A stretch of DNA of 64,000 bases from assembly GCA_965207225.1 (NCBI GenBank), contig CBDBLV010000005.1:768001-832000 (forward strand), given 5' to 3'. The position numbers were made by a program, and so were the translations under genes. The notes under the pieces are model-generated. The model saw nothing but the letters and a program-made list of their open reading frames with translations, did not search any database and had not been told where the DNA came from. Positions within the stretch are counted from its first letter, which is position 1, and each line of letters opens with the position of its first letter. The DNA is from Dehalococcoidia bacterium (GTDB lineage Bacteria; Chloroflexota; Dehalococcoidia; Plut-88900). Shown here one piece after another: positions 29,165-38,528 of the stretch.

Positions 29165-29836
29165 CTACGGCCCGGTTAGATGGGGCGCGGCGACATCCGG
29201 CCTTATAGCCCTGTCCATGAAGTCGTTCATCTGGGGTTCATATATGTCCCACAGCCGCCTCAGCTCCGAGATCGGTGCATCGTGCCAGTCCACCCTCAGA
29301 TCGATGATCGGGAACGGATACCGGTCATGCACCACCAGCGCCGCCGAGTGCTCGTTCTTCCCCACCTCCCCGCCCGCCGCCTTTCCGGCCTCCAGCCCCC
29401 TCACCAGCCGCTCCGCCAGGTGCAGGTCCGGGTCAGCCTCGAACCCCTGCCCAATCGCCACCGCCACCTGCTCCGAAAATAGCAGGTTCCCCACCGCAAC
29501 CACGTCATCCCCCAGGTACTCGTTGTTCTCCTTGTAGACCAGGCTCCCAGTATGCGCCGCCGTCCCCCCGACCCTGTCTACCACACCAATCTGTCGGTAC
29601 TCGGGGTAGGCGCCGGCCTTCACCAGTTCGTCTACCACCGCCTTCGCCGAATATCCCCGGCGCAGCAGGTCCAGCCCCAGCTTCCCCAGCCGCGGGTCGG
29701 TCAGGTTCTGCGATGCCACCGCCCCGACACCCGTCTCCACCCACACGCACCTCGCCCCGACGCAAATGCTGCTCGTCGATACTGCCATCCCCACCATCCC
29801 CGTCCGGCTGCAGTGTCCTACCAATGAGAATGTCAT
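29165..29836 (-). CDS. DUF1028 family (Ntn-hydrolase-like) protein
   Basis: MTFS...G.A.S...VG.R...GVGAVASQ, RQIGVVD, SAAL, DLRVD.HD.PI.EL.RL. Confidence 0.9.
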   Translation of the reverse strand: MTFSLVGHCSRTGMVGMAVSTSSICVGARCVWVETGVGAVASQNLTDPRLGKLGLDLLRRGYSAKAVVDELVKAGAYPEYRQIGVVDRVGGTAAHTGSLVYKENNEYLGDDVVAVGNLLFSEQVAVAIGQGFEADPDLHLAERLVRGLEAGKAAGGEVGKNEHSAALVVHDRYPFPIIDLRVDWHDAPISELRRLWDIYEPQMNDFMDRAIRPDVAAPHLTGP

Positions 29837-29870
29837 AGTCTTCTCCCTCTAATGTGGATAGGCGCGAGTC

Positions 29871-31319
29871 CTACCGTTCCTTCATCACCTCTACGGAGAG
29901 GTCCGCGGCCTTCCTGACCAGCCGCTTCATCGGGGTGGGATCGAAGTTGAAGTACAGGGCCAGCATGTTGGCGTAGGGCGGGCTCTGCGCAAACAGCTGG
30001 AAAGCCAGCTTGTGTCCCGCCATCGACGAGTCCACCAGGTCCCGGGTGAAATGGAGTAGCTTGATCCTGTCCTCCATCCCCCAGTCCCGGACCGCGTAGT
30101 ACTTCTCCAGGTACTTCCGCACCTCCGGGTTCTTCCATGCCGCAGTGTCTGGGGTGAGCTCCAGCTGACCCCCCGCCAGCTCCCTCACAATCCCGACCAT
30201 CGCCGGCAGATTGCTGGAACCATAGATGCGACCCGCGTAGATGATCGCCTGGTTCGGCATCATCAAGCCCCCGGGGCTCGGCTCCGCACAGTGCACCGCT
30301 GCGTGCAGGTGCGCGTTGATCGTCTCTCGGTAGCACATCAGCTGCGTCAGCTTCTCCCGTACCTGCGGCACGTTCTGCAACCCCGTCTGCTCGATATTCA
30401 AAAACGCCGTCCCAAGCAGGTAGTCGGCCCTGAACAGCGTCCTCAGCACGAAGGGAAACACCACGTACCTGTGCAGCGTTCCCCTGATGTACCCCGCCGC
30501 CTTCGGCTCCCGACAGAACAGCACGTTCTCCCACGGCACCAGCACGTTGTCGAAAATCAGTAGAGTGTCAATCTCGTCGAACTTCGTAGCTATCGGGTAG
30601 TCCTTCGGGTCCTTCCCCACCCCCAGCCCCGTGCGGCATATCAGCTTCAACCCCGGGGCATTCATGTCCGTAATGAACCCGATGGCATAGTCCCTCAGCG
30701 CATCGTCCCACTGGGCAATCGTCGGCTTCACGAAACCCTGGTTCGCATAGCAGGCCGCCGTCTCGTACTTCGCCCCCCGCACTATGATGCCCTTGTCGTT
30801 CTCATCCACAACGTGCAGCAGCATGTCGGGGTCCTGCTCCTGAGGTGGCCGGCTCCTGTCTCCCTTGGGGTCCGTGTTCCCGCTCACGTGGAACAGGTCC
30901 TGCTCCTGCAGCCGGTTCACGTGCCGTTCAACGTTCTCCGCGAACATCGGGTTGAACGTCCGCAACGTCTCCCGGGCGTCGTACATCGACCACAGCTCGC
31001 CCGCCGTGTCATCCCCCACCCTCTCCACAATCCCCCCGACCTCCGTCAGCACCGTCTCCACGTACCGCCTTTGGGCCATCAGGTCTTCTGCAGAAACGGG
31101 AGGCTTTAGTGATCGGGCCGCCGGTTCACCGTTGAAATCGAAGGTCGTAATGTCCTGGAACTCCGCCTCGTTCTGCATGTCGTACATGCGAGACCGGACC
31201 TTGATGATAGGTTTGAACGCCGGGTGCTCGGTGATGTCTTTCACCAGCTCCCCGTCGTAGTACACCTCCCGACCGTCCCTCAAAGATTCCCGATATTCCT
31301 CGCCTGTTCGTAGTCCCAT
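29871..31319 (-). CDS. 4-hydroxyphenylacetate 3-hydroxylase (HpaB)-family oxygenase component
   Basis: RTGEEYRESLRDGREVY, DPKGDRS, GIIVRGAK, FDE.D.L.IFDNVLVPWENV. Confidence 0.9.
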   Translation of the reverse strand: MGLRTGEEYRESLRDGREVYYDGELVKDITEHPAFKPIIKVRSRMYDMQNEAEFQDITTFDFNGEPAARSLKPPVSAEDLMAQRRYVETVLTEVGGIVERVGDDTAGELWSMYDARETLRTFNPMFAENVERHVNRLQEQDLFHVSGNTDPKGDRSRPPQEQDPDMLLHVVDENDKGIIVRGAKYETAACYANQGFVKPTIAQWDDALRDYAIGFITDMNAPGLKLICRTGLGVGKDPKDYPIATKFDEIDTLLIFDNVLVPWENVLFCREPKAAGYIRGTLHRYVVFPFVLRTLFRADYLLGTAFLNIEQTGLQNVPQVREKLTQLMCYRETINAHLHAAVHCAEPSPGGLMMPNQAIIYAGRIYGSSNLPAMVGIVRELAGGQLELTPDTAAWKNPEVRKYLEKYYAVRDWGMEDRIKLLHFTRDLVDSSMAGHKLAFQLFAQSPPYANMLALYFNFDPTPMKRLVRKAADLSVEVMKER

Positions 31320-31467
31320 TCTTTACCTCGAAAATGTAGGCGCCTATACGTGCCTGGGAATGCGCTTCGGAGTCAGACTGCATGAACGATGGCTGCCCCT
31401 CCCCCCAAAGGCGACGATTATCGTAACGTAGCCCTTTCCCCTTTGGCAACACGTCGAAGCGACCCCC

Positions 31468-32172
31468 TTAGCACCCGTACCTCCCCTCAATCGACCCCCC
31501 AAACACCACCCCGTCCCCCACCCCCAACCCCATCTCCTCCGCCTCGCCCGCGTTAATCTCCACTACGAACTGCATCTCCCCCGAGGGCCTCACCCTTGCG
31601 ATCTCCGAGTCTTCAGCATCGGTAGGTGGTGCCGGAATGTCCCGCGATATCTCCCCCACCGTGCAGTCTTCCCCTATCCACACAAAGTCCAGCGGAAACT
31701 GCATCCGCACCATCCAGAACTGCAGCGGCCTCGCCGACTCATAAACGAACAGCATCCCCGCCCCCGACTCCAAAGACTCCCTGTCCGACAACCCCTGCCT
31801 GCGTTGCTCCGGCGTCACCGCCACCTCTACCGGAAACACCACCTCCCCAATGATCACCGTAGGCCCCGTGTAGACCGGTGTCGCAGTCGGAGCCACTGTG
31901 GGCGTTGGCTCAGGCGGGGCGGTTGGGCTCGCGGCCGGCAATGGTGTTTCTGTTCTGACTGAAGTAGCCGTCGGATTGGGAGTGACTGCCGGGGCAGGGG
32001 TTACGATGGATGTGGCAGTCGGGACGACGGTAGCCGTAGCCGGAACGCTAGGGACCATCGGCGTAGAGGTCGGAAAAGCCGATTGCGAAGGGTTATGCAT
32101 ACAGCCAAAAGCCAGCGCCAGCGAAAGTGCCGCTATCGCAAACAACCCTAACCCTTTTACGTGTCTCCTCAA
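31468..32172 (-). CDS. DUF192-family lipoprotein with Pro/Thr-rich linker
   Basis: Lipobox AFGC; VEVA.TPEQR.QGL..R...GMLF...FWM..M.FPLD...VVEINAG. Confidence 0.88.
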   Translation of the reverse strand: MRRHVKGLGLFAIAALSLALAFGCMHNPSQSAFPTSTPMVPSVPATATVVPTATSIVTPAPAVTPNPTATSVRTETPLPAASPTAPPEPTPTVAPTATPVYTGPTVIIGEVVFPVEVAVTPEQRRQGLSDRESLESGAGMLFVYESARPLQFWMVRMQFPLDFVWIGEDCTVGEISRDIPAPPTDAEDSEIARVRPSGEMQFVVEINAGEAEEMGLGVGDGVVFGGSIEGRYGC

Positions 32173-32194
32173 CTTACAACGATGGCTTCCCCGA

Positions 32195-33016
32195 CTACCC
32201 CCTCACGTGCTCCCGCCACCCCGACCCCTCTGTCCTCTCCATGAACTCCCCGTGGATCGCAGCATTGGTGGCTATCACACTCGGAGTCCTGAAATCCGCA
32301 GGCGCACCCGACCCCGTCGTCACCACCCCTCCCGCCTCCCGGACCAGCAGCAGACCGCACATCACGTCCCACGGCGCCAGCGCATGGTGAAAGTACATGT
32401 CCACCCGACCGCACGCCGCCCACGCCATTCCCAGCGCCGCCGACCCCATGATCCGTATCGTCTGCATCCCTGGCCACATTTCTGCCAGCATCAGCACCGC
32501 CCGACGCGCCATCTCCTCGTCATACCCCATGTCCGTCGAAAGCACCGAGGCAGCGATCGTCTCCTGCTGGGACACGCTGATAGGTCTGTCGTTCAGGAAC
32601 GCCCCACCGCCCTTGCTCGCGTGGAACATCTCCTTCCGCAATGGATCGTAAGTAAAGGCCAGCTCCATCTCGCCTTCGTAGGCAAGCCCCAGGTTCACTG
32701 CAAAATGCGGGTTCTCCGACGCGAAGTTCCGGCTCCCGTCCAGCGGGTCCACTATCCACGTCCACCCCGAACTCCCCTCCACCGCCCCCCTCTCCTCCGA
32801 CAGAATCGAAAACTCCGGAAACTCCTGCTGTAGAAGTTCGAGGATGCGAGATTCGGCCCGGTAGTCCGTGTCCGTCACCACGTTCCCCCGACCCTTGAAA
32901 TACACCTCTTTCTGCTCCCGAAACCCGCGCACCAGCGTCCGGCTTGCTCTGGCAATGGCCTCCCGGGCGACCTGCTCTGCGGTCTTGCCCGACGCAGAAA
33001 GTGGCAATTCTCTCAC
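32195..33016 (-). CDS. inositol monophosphatase family (SuhB-like)
   Basis: SEE, WIVDPLDGS.NF, GSAAL, PWD. Confidence 0.92.
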   Translation of the reverse strand: MRELPLSASGKTAEQVAREAIARASRTLVRGFREQKEVYFKGRGNVVTDTDYRAESRILELLQQEFPEFSILSEERGAVEGSSGWTWIVDPLDGSRNFASENPHFAVNLGLAYEGEMELAFTYDPLRKEMFHASKGGGAFLNDRPISVSQQETIAASVLSTDMGYDEEMARRAVLMLAEMWPGMQTIRIMGSAALGMAWAACGRVDMYFHHALAPWDVMCGLLLVREAGGVVTTGSGAPADFRTPSVIATNAAIHGEFMERTEGSGWREHVRG

Positions 33017-34011
33017 TAAGCCTTGGCCTTAAGGCCCATCCTCTCCCGCACTTCTTCCAGGGTAGCCCGAGCAATCACGCTCGCCCTCCGCGCCCCGTCC
33101 TCCACGACTTCCCGCAGGTACTCGGGCCTCTCCGCCAGTTCCCGCCTCCGCTCCCGGAACCCCTCCAGCGAGCCGTTTATCCCCTCGGCCAGCATCTTCT
33201 TGCAGTCCACGCACCCCCGAGTCGCCCCCCGACACTGCTCCGCTATGTCCTCGATCTTGTCCGGATTGAACTGCTTGTGCAGCGAAAATACGTTGCACAC
33301 TTCCGGACGCCCGGGGTCCGACTTCCGCTGCCGCTGCGGGTCAGTCACCGCACCCATCACCCTCTTCCTAGTCTCCTCGGGAGTCGCCGCAAGCTCGACG
33401 TGGTTGTCGAGACTCTTGCTCATCTTGTTGCTCCCGTCCAGCCCGACAATCAAGGCCGTCTCCGTCAACTTCGCCTGCGGCTCCGGAAACGTCGGCCCGA
33501 AAATGTGGTTGAACCGGCGCACAATCTCCCGGGCCAGCTCCAGGTGCGCCACCTGGTCCTCGCCCACCGGCACCGTGTCCGCCTTGTAAATCACTATGTC
33601 CGCAGTCATCAGCACCGGATACCCGACCAGCCCGTAGTTGATGTTGTCAGGCTGATTTCGGGCCATGTCTTTGAACGTCGGCACCCGGGTCAGCCACCCG
33701 TGCGGCGTCACCATGCTCAGCAGCGTGTGTAGGGTCAGCACCTCCGGCACGTGAGACTGCACGAACAGTATCGACTTCTCCGGGTCCAGCCCCGCCGCCA
33801 GCCAGTCCAGCATCATCTCCTTGATGTTGTCCTGTAGCTGCCCCGTGTTCTCCAGCGTCGTCAACGCGTGGATATCCACGGCGCAGTAGATGCAGTCGTA
33901 GTCGTCCTGCAGCGCTACGTAGTTCTGTATTGCCCCGAGATAGTTCCCTAGGTGCTGCCGACCCGTGGGCCGGGCCCCGGAAAACACCCTTCCTTTTTTC
34001 CCGTTAACCAT
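33016..34011 (-). CDS. trpS: tryptophan-tRNA ligase
   Basis: RPTG..HLGNY, YPVLMTADI, VPVGEDQ, KMSKS. Confidence 0.97.
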   Translation of the reverse strand: MVNGKKGRVFSGARPTGRQHLGNYLGAIQNYVALQDDYDCIYCAVDIHALTTLENTGQLQDNIKEMMLDWLAAGLDPEKSILFVQSHVPEVLTLHTLLSMVTPHGWLTRVPTFKDMARNQPDNINYGLVGYPVLMTADIVIYKADTVPVGEDQVAHLELAREIVRRFNHIFGPTFPEPQAKLTETALIVGLDGSNKMSKSLDNHVELAATPEETRKRVMGAVTDPQRQRKSDPGRPEVCNVFSLHKQFNPDKIEDIAEQCRGATRGCVDCKKMLAEGINGSLEGFRERRRELAERPEYLREVVEDGARRASVIARATLEEVRERMGLKAKA

Positions 34012-34124
34012 GCATTTTGTCCATAAAGTAAAAAGTACGATGTCGAAAGCAGTTGCAGTTTAGCACACCTGTGGTAAATTTCACACACCCTTTCCCATTC
34101 CCGTTTCTTCTGGAGGCCAACACA

Positions 34125-34628
34125 ATGTCCATCCGCTCCTTCGAAGGCAAGTCACCCCGCATCCACCCCTCATCCTACGTCGACGAATTCGCCGTCCTCA
34201 TCGGAGACATCGAGATTGGCGAGGAGTGCATCGTCCTGCCCGGTGCTGTCATCCGCGCCGACCACGGGACCACCCGGATCGGCAACCGCTCCAACGTCCA
34301 GGACAACGCCGTCATCCACACCGGCGGCGTCGACATCGGGGAGGACGTCACCATCGGCCACGGCGCAATGATCGAAGCCCGCAAGATCGGCCACCACTCC
34401 CTCATCGGCATCAACGCCACCCTCCTCGCCGACTCCGAAATCGGCGAGTTCTGTCTCGTCGCTGCCGGCGCGGTAGTCAAGGAAGGCGCCCGTGTCCCTC
34501 CCTATTCCTTCGTAGCCGGCGTTCCCGCCCAGGTCAAGCCCCTGAAGAAAGAGCTCGCCGATCATCTCAAGATGGCCAGCAGCCTCTACACCACCATGGT
34601 CCCCAGGTACAAGTCGGGGCTGGGGTAA
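34125..34628 (+). CDS. gamma-carbonic anhydrase family protein
   Basis: IGDIEIG...AVIRAD...NVQDNAVIH...TIGHGA; GGAGG RBS. Confidence 0.88.
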   Translation: MSIRSFEGKSPRIHPSSYVDEFAVLIGDIEIGEECIVLPGAVIRADHGTTRIGNRSNVQDNAVIHTGGVDIGEDVTIGHGAMIEARKIGHHSLIGINATLLADSEIGEFCLVAAGAVVKEGARVPPYSFVAGVPAQVKPLKKELADHLKMASSLYTTMVPRYKSGLG

Positions 34629-34633
34629 GAGAA

Positions 34634-36541
34634 ATGGGCATAGAAGCATTAACCCATCGAGACGATGGCTCCGAAGTCCCCGTTCCCGTCACCCGAGACG
34701 ACTGGGACCTCTGGGTCAGCGCAGGCCGCACCCGCAACTGGGTCCTCAACGATCCCCTCGTCGATTGGCTCCAACGCTACGGCAAGACCCGAGACTATCT
34801 TCCTAAAAGTGAGCTCCCTGGCTACCGCAAGGACTTGGACTTCATCCAGTTCATCTTCGAAAAGGGCAGGCAGTTCAAAGCCGGCATTCTTCGCCTCCTT
34901 GAAAAGCAATACGAGGTAGCAACCGTGGCCCGTGGTCACGAAGATATCCGCAGCCTAGACAAAGCCCGCGACACCTTTGAGGCAATGCGGCAGGGCGTCC
35001 CCATCATCTACCAGCCCGTCCTCTGGGATGCCCAGGACCTGACCTACGGCTCCCCCGACTTCCTCCTCAGAAGCGACGTCCTTCACCGCCTCTTTCCCAC
35101 CAACCTCTCCGAAGAGGATGCACAGACAATCGCCCCCGACTTGGGAGACAACCCCTGGCACTACCGGGTTGTCGATGTGAAGTTCACCACCCTGTCTCTT
35201 AACGCCGCAGGCGATGAACTCGCCAACGGGGGCAGTGCAACGGCATATAAGGCCCAGCTATACGTCTACAACCGCATGCTGGGCCGACTTCAGGGATATG
35301 AGCCCCCCGCATCCTACCTGCTGGGTCGCGGCTGGCATTTCAAGAGCAAGGGCGTCGACTACCGGGGCGACAGCGCCTTGGACCGGCTCGCGCCCATCCC
35401 CCAGGGCGGGACCATCACCAACAAGGTCCCCATCGCCCATGCCGTCGAGCAGGCTTTGGCTTGGGTGCGCCGCGTCCGCACCGAGGGCCGGGACTGGCAG
35501 CTCCTCCCCACACCCTCCGTCCCCGAGCTCTACCCCAATGTCGGCGGCGTAGATGACGACATGATGCTGGACTCCGGCCCCGTAGATCTGGAAGGCGATG
35601 ATGAGGATGCGCTGTCCGGCCGCTGGGAAAACGTGAAGAAGTGGCTGGCACATGAGTTGAAGGAGTTGACCTTGCTATGGCAGGTCGGGGTCGCCAAGCG
35701 CATTGATGCCCACTCCCGGGGAATCTATCGCTGGGACGACCCCCGCCTGACCCCATTCGACGTGAACATTAGGGGCGAAAAACAGGCGCCGGTCTTGCAG
35801 ATGCTGTTGGATGTCAACAGGAACGACGGACCACCTGTCCTCCCTCGGCGTATCGACGAGACCCGTGATGCCTGGTTCTCCGACCGCGGCCTGGAGTTCT
35901 ACGTCGACTTCGAGTTTTGCAGCGACCTCAATGACGACTTCTCGAACCTTCCCAGGAAAGGCGGGCAGCCACTGATTTTCATGATCGGTTGCGGTCACCT
36001 TGAAAATGGCCGGTGGCACTTCAAGTCACTGGTCGCCGACACCCTCTCCCAGACCGAAGAATCCCGCATTATCCGGGAGTGGTTTGACCACATGGCCCAG
36101 GTCCGCAACCGGCTGGACCCGGGCAATGCAGCCCCTCGCATATTTCACTGGTTCGCCGCCGAGATTACCGCTCTCAAAACCGCCTACAACTCTGCATGGA
36201 ATAGGCACAGCCAGCCGTCCGATTGGCCCGATCTCGGTTGGTACGACTTCCTCCAGAACGTGATGCGCCGGGAGCCCGTGGTCGTGCGCGGCGCATTGGG
36301 CTTCGGCCTCAAGGCAATTGCTAACGCCATGCACGCCCGGTGCCTGATCGAAACCGACTGGTCCGACAGCCCCCTCGACGGCTTGGGGGCCATGGTCGGC
36401 GCCTGGCGCTGCGACGAAAAAGCCCGCAGGAACGGCGTCTCCATGACCGCCGACCCCTTTATGGACGAAATCGCCCGCTACAACGAGGTCGACTGCAAAG
36501 TCATGATGGAGATAGTCCGCTACCTCAGGTCCAACCACTAA
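34634..36541 (+). CDS. TM0106-like RecB-family nuclease with C-terminal RNase H-like domain
   Basis: PIIYQ..L...G.PDFL...YRVVDVK...YKAQL..Y; FYVDFE, GLKAIA, I..YNEVDC; start MGIEAL chosen within ORF 34226..36541. Confidence 0.8.
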   Translation: MGIEALTHRDDGSEVPVPVTRDDWDLWVSAGRTRNWVLNDPLVDWLQRYGKTRDYLPKSELPGYRKDLDFIQFIFEKGRQFKAGILRLLEKQYEVATVARGHEDIRSLDKARDTFEAMRQGVPIIYQPVLWDAQDLTYGSPDFLLRSDVLHRLFPTNLSEEDAQTIAPDLGDNPWHYRVVDVKFTTLSLNAAGDELANGGSATAYKAQLYVYNRMLGRLQGYEPPASYLLGRGWHFKSKGVDYRGDSALDRLAPIPQGGTITNKVPIAHAVEQALAWVRRVRTEGRDWQLLPTPSVPELYPNVGGVDDDMMLDSGPVDLEGDDEDALSGRWENVKKWLAHELKELTLLWQVGVAKRIDAHSRGIYRWDDPRLTPFDVNIRGEKQAPVLQMLLDVNRNDGPPVLPRRIDETRDAWFSDRGLEFYVDFEFCSDLNDDFSNLPRKGGQPLIFMIGCGHLENGRWHFKSLVADTLSQTEESRIIREWFDHMAQVRNRLDPGNAAPRIFHWFAAEITALKTAYNSAWNRHSQPSDWPDLGWYDFLQNVMRREPVVVRGALGFGLKAIANAMHARCLIETDWSDSPLDGLGAMVGAWRCDEKARRNGVSMTADPFMDEIARYNEVDCKVMMEIVRYLRSNH

Positions 36542-36600
36542 CCCCTCGCCGCCTCCTCACCGCTATCTCGCCCCCCTAACCAACCGACGTCTCTCTCCCT

Positions 36601-36840
36601 GTCATTCCGAACGGCAGTGAGGAATCTGGGGAGGTGCAGTGCAGGTCTCCCAACTCGCCTGGATATGCACCCTTCCGCGTAGGGGCGACCGGCGGGTCGC
36701 CCTGGGGGCGGCGGGGCCACTCATGCTGAGGCTCTCGAAGCACGAGCGGGGGGCGGGCCAAGCCCCTCCAAACCGTCACCTCTCTCCAACCCCACCCCAC
36801 CCTCCCTCCCTCCCATCCCGATGCCCTGCGAGGAATCTCC
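36601..36840. repeat. mosaic of REP-like palindromes (GTCATTCC..GAATC, GTAG and CTGAG..TCGAAG types)
   Basis: Units at 36601, 36679, 36724 and 36812, each with relatives elsewhere in the window. Confidence 0.7.
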
Positions 36841-36909
36841 AACACCCCTCCCCCAACCCACCCCAATCTTTCCCACTCTCACGCTTCCATAGCATCCCCC
36901 CTTGGTAAA

Positions 36910-36994
36910 GAATTATCAGGAATGCTGCCTTGCAGCATTCCTGATAATTCAAATAAAACAGGGCGGGCGGGTGGGACTCATATTACTCCCTGGG
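36910..36994 (+). repeat. hairpin + G-quadruplex-motif element, copy 2
   Basis: 19-bp perfect IR GAATTATCAGGAATGCTGC-CTT-GCAGCATTCCTGATAATTC, then AAATAAAA, then GGGCGGGCGGGTGGG. Confidence 0.75.
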
Positions 36995-37065
36995 CGGCCG
37001 GGAGGCGGTGAGGCTTCCCCTGGGGGCCCGGGGGAAATTCCCCCAAAACGCTCCCCCTCTGCCTA

Positions 37066-37093
37066 TTGACTTCTGTTATGTACGTTCTATACT
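37066..37093 (+). promoter_or_regulatory. sigma70-type promoter
   Basis: TTGACT-16 nt-TATACT, 14 nt before ATG 37108. Confidence 0.55.
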
Positions 37094-37107
37094 AATGTTC
37101 AGACCTA

Positions 37108-38289
37108 ATGTCTACACCCAAACTTCACAACAAACCATTGTCAATAGACCATCGCCCCTCCAACGGGGCGTCCGCTCAAGAGGCGGTTGATCCCTCCCCG
37201 GGGCCCGACCCGGCCCCGGATGCCCGCGGCCCTGCGCCGCGGAAGAACCCCCGGGGCCCGGCTCCTCAAGGAGCACTCCTCCAGGCCCCGGATGCCTGCG
37301 GCAACCTACCGCAGAAGAAGACCCGCACCCCCGCCCCTGCACGCCAGGAGCGCAGTCGACGCGGAAGACCGTACCCGCAAAACCGCGACGGGTCCGGTAA
37401 AGCCGGCTTAGCCGAAGGCTCGTTGCCGCGTCTGGCCCCCGAGGGCCAGGACATCGAGCAGGAGATCGCTCTCCTACGTTCCCTTGCCAACCGCCTCTTG
37501 AGCAGGCGCCGCATCAACTACCCCTATCTCTTCCGATGCCTCAACCTCATCGCCAGGTGTACCACCGTCAAGGCCCGCTACTTCAACAACGAATCGGACG
37601 AGGAAGTCGACAAGATTGCCGCAGGCATGAGAAGGTTCTGGGAGTCCACCATGGCCGACCGCATCATCGGCTACCGGGAACTCCTCCCCATGATCATGGC
37701 CTCACCCGGCAAGGACTTGACCCGCTACGACAACCTCCTTCCCATCCACCCTGAACTGCTGGACTCCCTGCTGGAAGTCAAGGATGCCTGGGAGCGGGAA
37801 CACGGCTCCCCCTTTGTAGACAATCCGACCGACGAAGAAGAACCACCGCCCTTCGGAATGCGCCCCCTCCCCCCTCACCTCTACCAACCTCCCGACGACG
37901 ACCCACCCCTCTCTCCCTCCGTCATTCCCGACTCCGATCGGGAATCCATCCCCGCCCCCCTTCCCATTCCGATGCCCCGCGAGGAATCTGACGCGCCCAC
38001 ACCTGAGCCGACCCCGTCCCTTCCCACCCACACCCTTCCATCCGTCGTTCCTGTAGAGGACAGAGCCTGCCCCTGCGAAGGCGGGGGAACCCATCCCCAT
38101 ACCCCAACCCAGGCTGCGCTCGACCCTCCTCCTTCCTTCACTCCCATCGGGGCAGGCGCCCCGAACTACTGGGAAACGGACTCGTTCTCCTCCCCCATAG
38201 ACGCGACCGGCGGGTCCCCCGAATGGCCCGACCCCAGCCCACCCCCCAACCCCAAACCCCGCATCGCCCGGGGCCGCCCTCCTCCCTGA
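37108..38289 (+). CDS. hypothetical protein with a helical core and Pro-rich disordered tails
   Basis: 393-aa ORF behind a promoter; central DIEQEIALLRSL...LIAR..TVKARY region looks globular. Confidence 0.55.
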   Translation: MSTPKLHNKPLSIDHRPSNGASAQEAVDPSPGPDPAPDARGPAPRKNPRGPAPQGALLQAPDACGNLPQKKTRTPAPARQERSRRGRPYPQNRDGSGKAGLAEGSLPRLAPEGQDIEQEIALLRSLANRLLSRRRINYPYLFRCLNLIARCTTVKARYFNNESDEEVDKIAAGMRRFWESTMADRIIGYRELLPMIMASPGKDLTRYDNLLPIHPELLDSLLEVKDAWEREHGSPFVDNPTDEEEPPPFGMRPLPPHLYQPPDDDPPLSPSVIPDSDRESIPAPLPIPMPREESDAPTPEPTPSLPTHTLPSVVPVEDRACPCEGGGTHPHTPTQAALDPPPSFTPIGAGAPNYWETDSFSSPIDATGGSPEWPDPSPPPNPKPRIARGRPPP

Positions 38290-38400
38290 CCCCATTCACC
38301 CGCACCCAACAACTGAATAACTGGGATTGCACCCTCCCAACCTTCCCGTCTCACCGGAAAGTCCCGCTCATCCTATCCCGTCATCCCCTCCCATTTACCG

Positions 38401-38523
38401 AGTACCGAACTAGAGGCCCACGTGGGTGCAACGCACCCACGTGGGCCTCTGTTCTTTCCTCCCCCTCTCCCTTGAAGGCCCCAAGGGAGAGGGGGATAAA
38501 GGGGGTGAGGGTTCCCCCTCCCC
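38401..38523. repeat. composite double-hairpin element, copy 1
   Basis: AGTACCRAACT + 18-bp IR + pyrimidine tract + CCTCTCCC..GAGAGGGGGATA.AGGGGGTGAGGGTTCC; homolog at 58080. Confidence 0.75.
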
Positions 38524-38528
38524 ACCCC

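Noticed and set aside
31320-31467. Riboswitch in the leader of the HpaB-like gene
   Set aside because: No recognisable aptamer consensus or terminator
33900-34100. T-box leader for trpS (also checked for argS)
   Set aside because: Upstream regions are short and lack the T-box GGTGG.ACCGCG motif
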